A stretch of 64,000 nt of DNA from Hemiscyllium ocellatum (Eukaryota), in contig NC_083426.1 of assembly GCF_020745735.1 (NCBI RefSeq), forward strand, positions 12,400,001 through 12,464,000, read 5' to 3'. Position numbers and translations under genes: made by a program. Of the stretch, positions 62,930 through 64,000 are shown one piece after another. Every line of letters starts with the position of its first letter. The stretch's first letter is position 1. Below the pieces are notes generated by a model. The model was given only the letters and a program-made list of their open reading frames with translations. It made no database searches and was not told the DNA's origin.

Positions 62930-64000
62930 AATAGGGTAGTTATGGTCGGGGATTTTAACTTTCCAAACATCGACTGGCACTGCCATCATGTTAAAGATTT
63001 AGATGGAGAAGAATTTCTTAAGTGTGTACAAGACAATTTTCTGATTCAGTATGTGGATGTACCTACTAGAGAATGTGCAAAACTTGACCTACTCTTGGGA
63101 AATAAGGCAGGGCAGGTGACTGAGGTGTCAGTCGGGGAGTACTTTGGGCCAGGGACCATAATTCTGTTAGTTTTAAAATAGTGATGGAAAAGGATAGACC
63201 ACATCTCAAATTTCGGATTAGCAATGCTGGAAGAGCACAGCAGTTCAGGCAGCATTCAAAGTGCATCTCAAATTTGACATTCTAAATTGGAGAAAGGCCA
63301 ATTTTGACTGTGTTAGGCAAAAACTTTCAAAAGCTGATAGGGGGCAGATGTTTGCAGGTAAAGGGATGGATGGAAAATGGGAAGCCTTCAGAAATGAGAT
63401 AACGAGAGTCCAGAGAATGTATATTCCTGTCAGGGTGAAAGGAAAGGCTGGTAGGAATGGTAATGCTGGATAACTAAAGAAATTGAGAGTTTCGTTAAAG
63501 AAAAGAAGGAAGCACATATCAGGTATAGACAGGATAGATCGAGTGAATCCTGAGAAGAGTATCAAGGCAGTAGAAGTATACTTAAAAGAGAAATCATGAG
63601 GGAAAAAAGGGGAAATGAGATGACTTTGGCAAATATGGTTAAGAAGAAACTTAAGTGCTTTTACAAATACAGTAAGGACGAAAGGGTAACTAGGGAGAGA
63701 ATAGGGCCCCTCAAAGATCAGCAAGGCGGCCTTTGTGTGGAGTTGCAGCAGATGGGGGAGAAACTAATTGGTACTTTGCATCTGTATTTACTGTGGAAAA
63801 GGACGTGTAAGTTATAGAATATAGGGAAACAGATGGTGACATCTTGAAAAATGTCCATATTACAGAGGAGGAAGTGCTGGATGGCTTGAAATGCATAAAA
63901 GTGGATACATCCCCAGGACCTGATTAGGTGTACCCTAGAACTCTGTGGGAAGCTAGGGAAGTGATTGCTGGGCCTCTTACTGAATTATTTGTGTCATCGA
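62930..64000 (+). mobile_element. CR1 LINE fragment, duplicate of 12235 onward, running off the window
   Basis: Near-identical to 12235-13300. Confidence 0.9.

Overview
Vertebrate genomic DNA, repeat-rich and intron-containing. The CR1, HE1-like SINE and Penelope content points to a shark (inference). The window is a head-to-tail tandem array, all on the minus strand, of Ig-superfamily receptor genes with pIgR/CD300/TREM-type V domains. I assembled the exons by hand from splice sites and codon phases. Gene A (25076->16058) is leader-V-C2-mucin stalk-TM, with Asp and Arg in the TM and a stop right after it, i.e. an activating-type receptor. Gene B (57916->31964) is leader-V-C2-V-C2-stalk-uncharged TM-two tail exons, with three canonical ITIMs and one ITIM-like motif, i.e. 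an inhibitory-type receptor. Gene B appears to be a fusion of two units, and as assembled it carries a probable 1-nt frameshift in its TM exon. There is also a dead C2 pseudo-exon inside gene A, an orphan leader with ATG->ACG, and several ~2-8 kb segmental duplicates of the upstream region. The rest is CR1 LINEs (two near full length), Penelope elements with hammerhead ribozyme motifs and fold-back insertions, and SINEs. TE boundaries are approximate. No database searches were possible.
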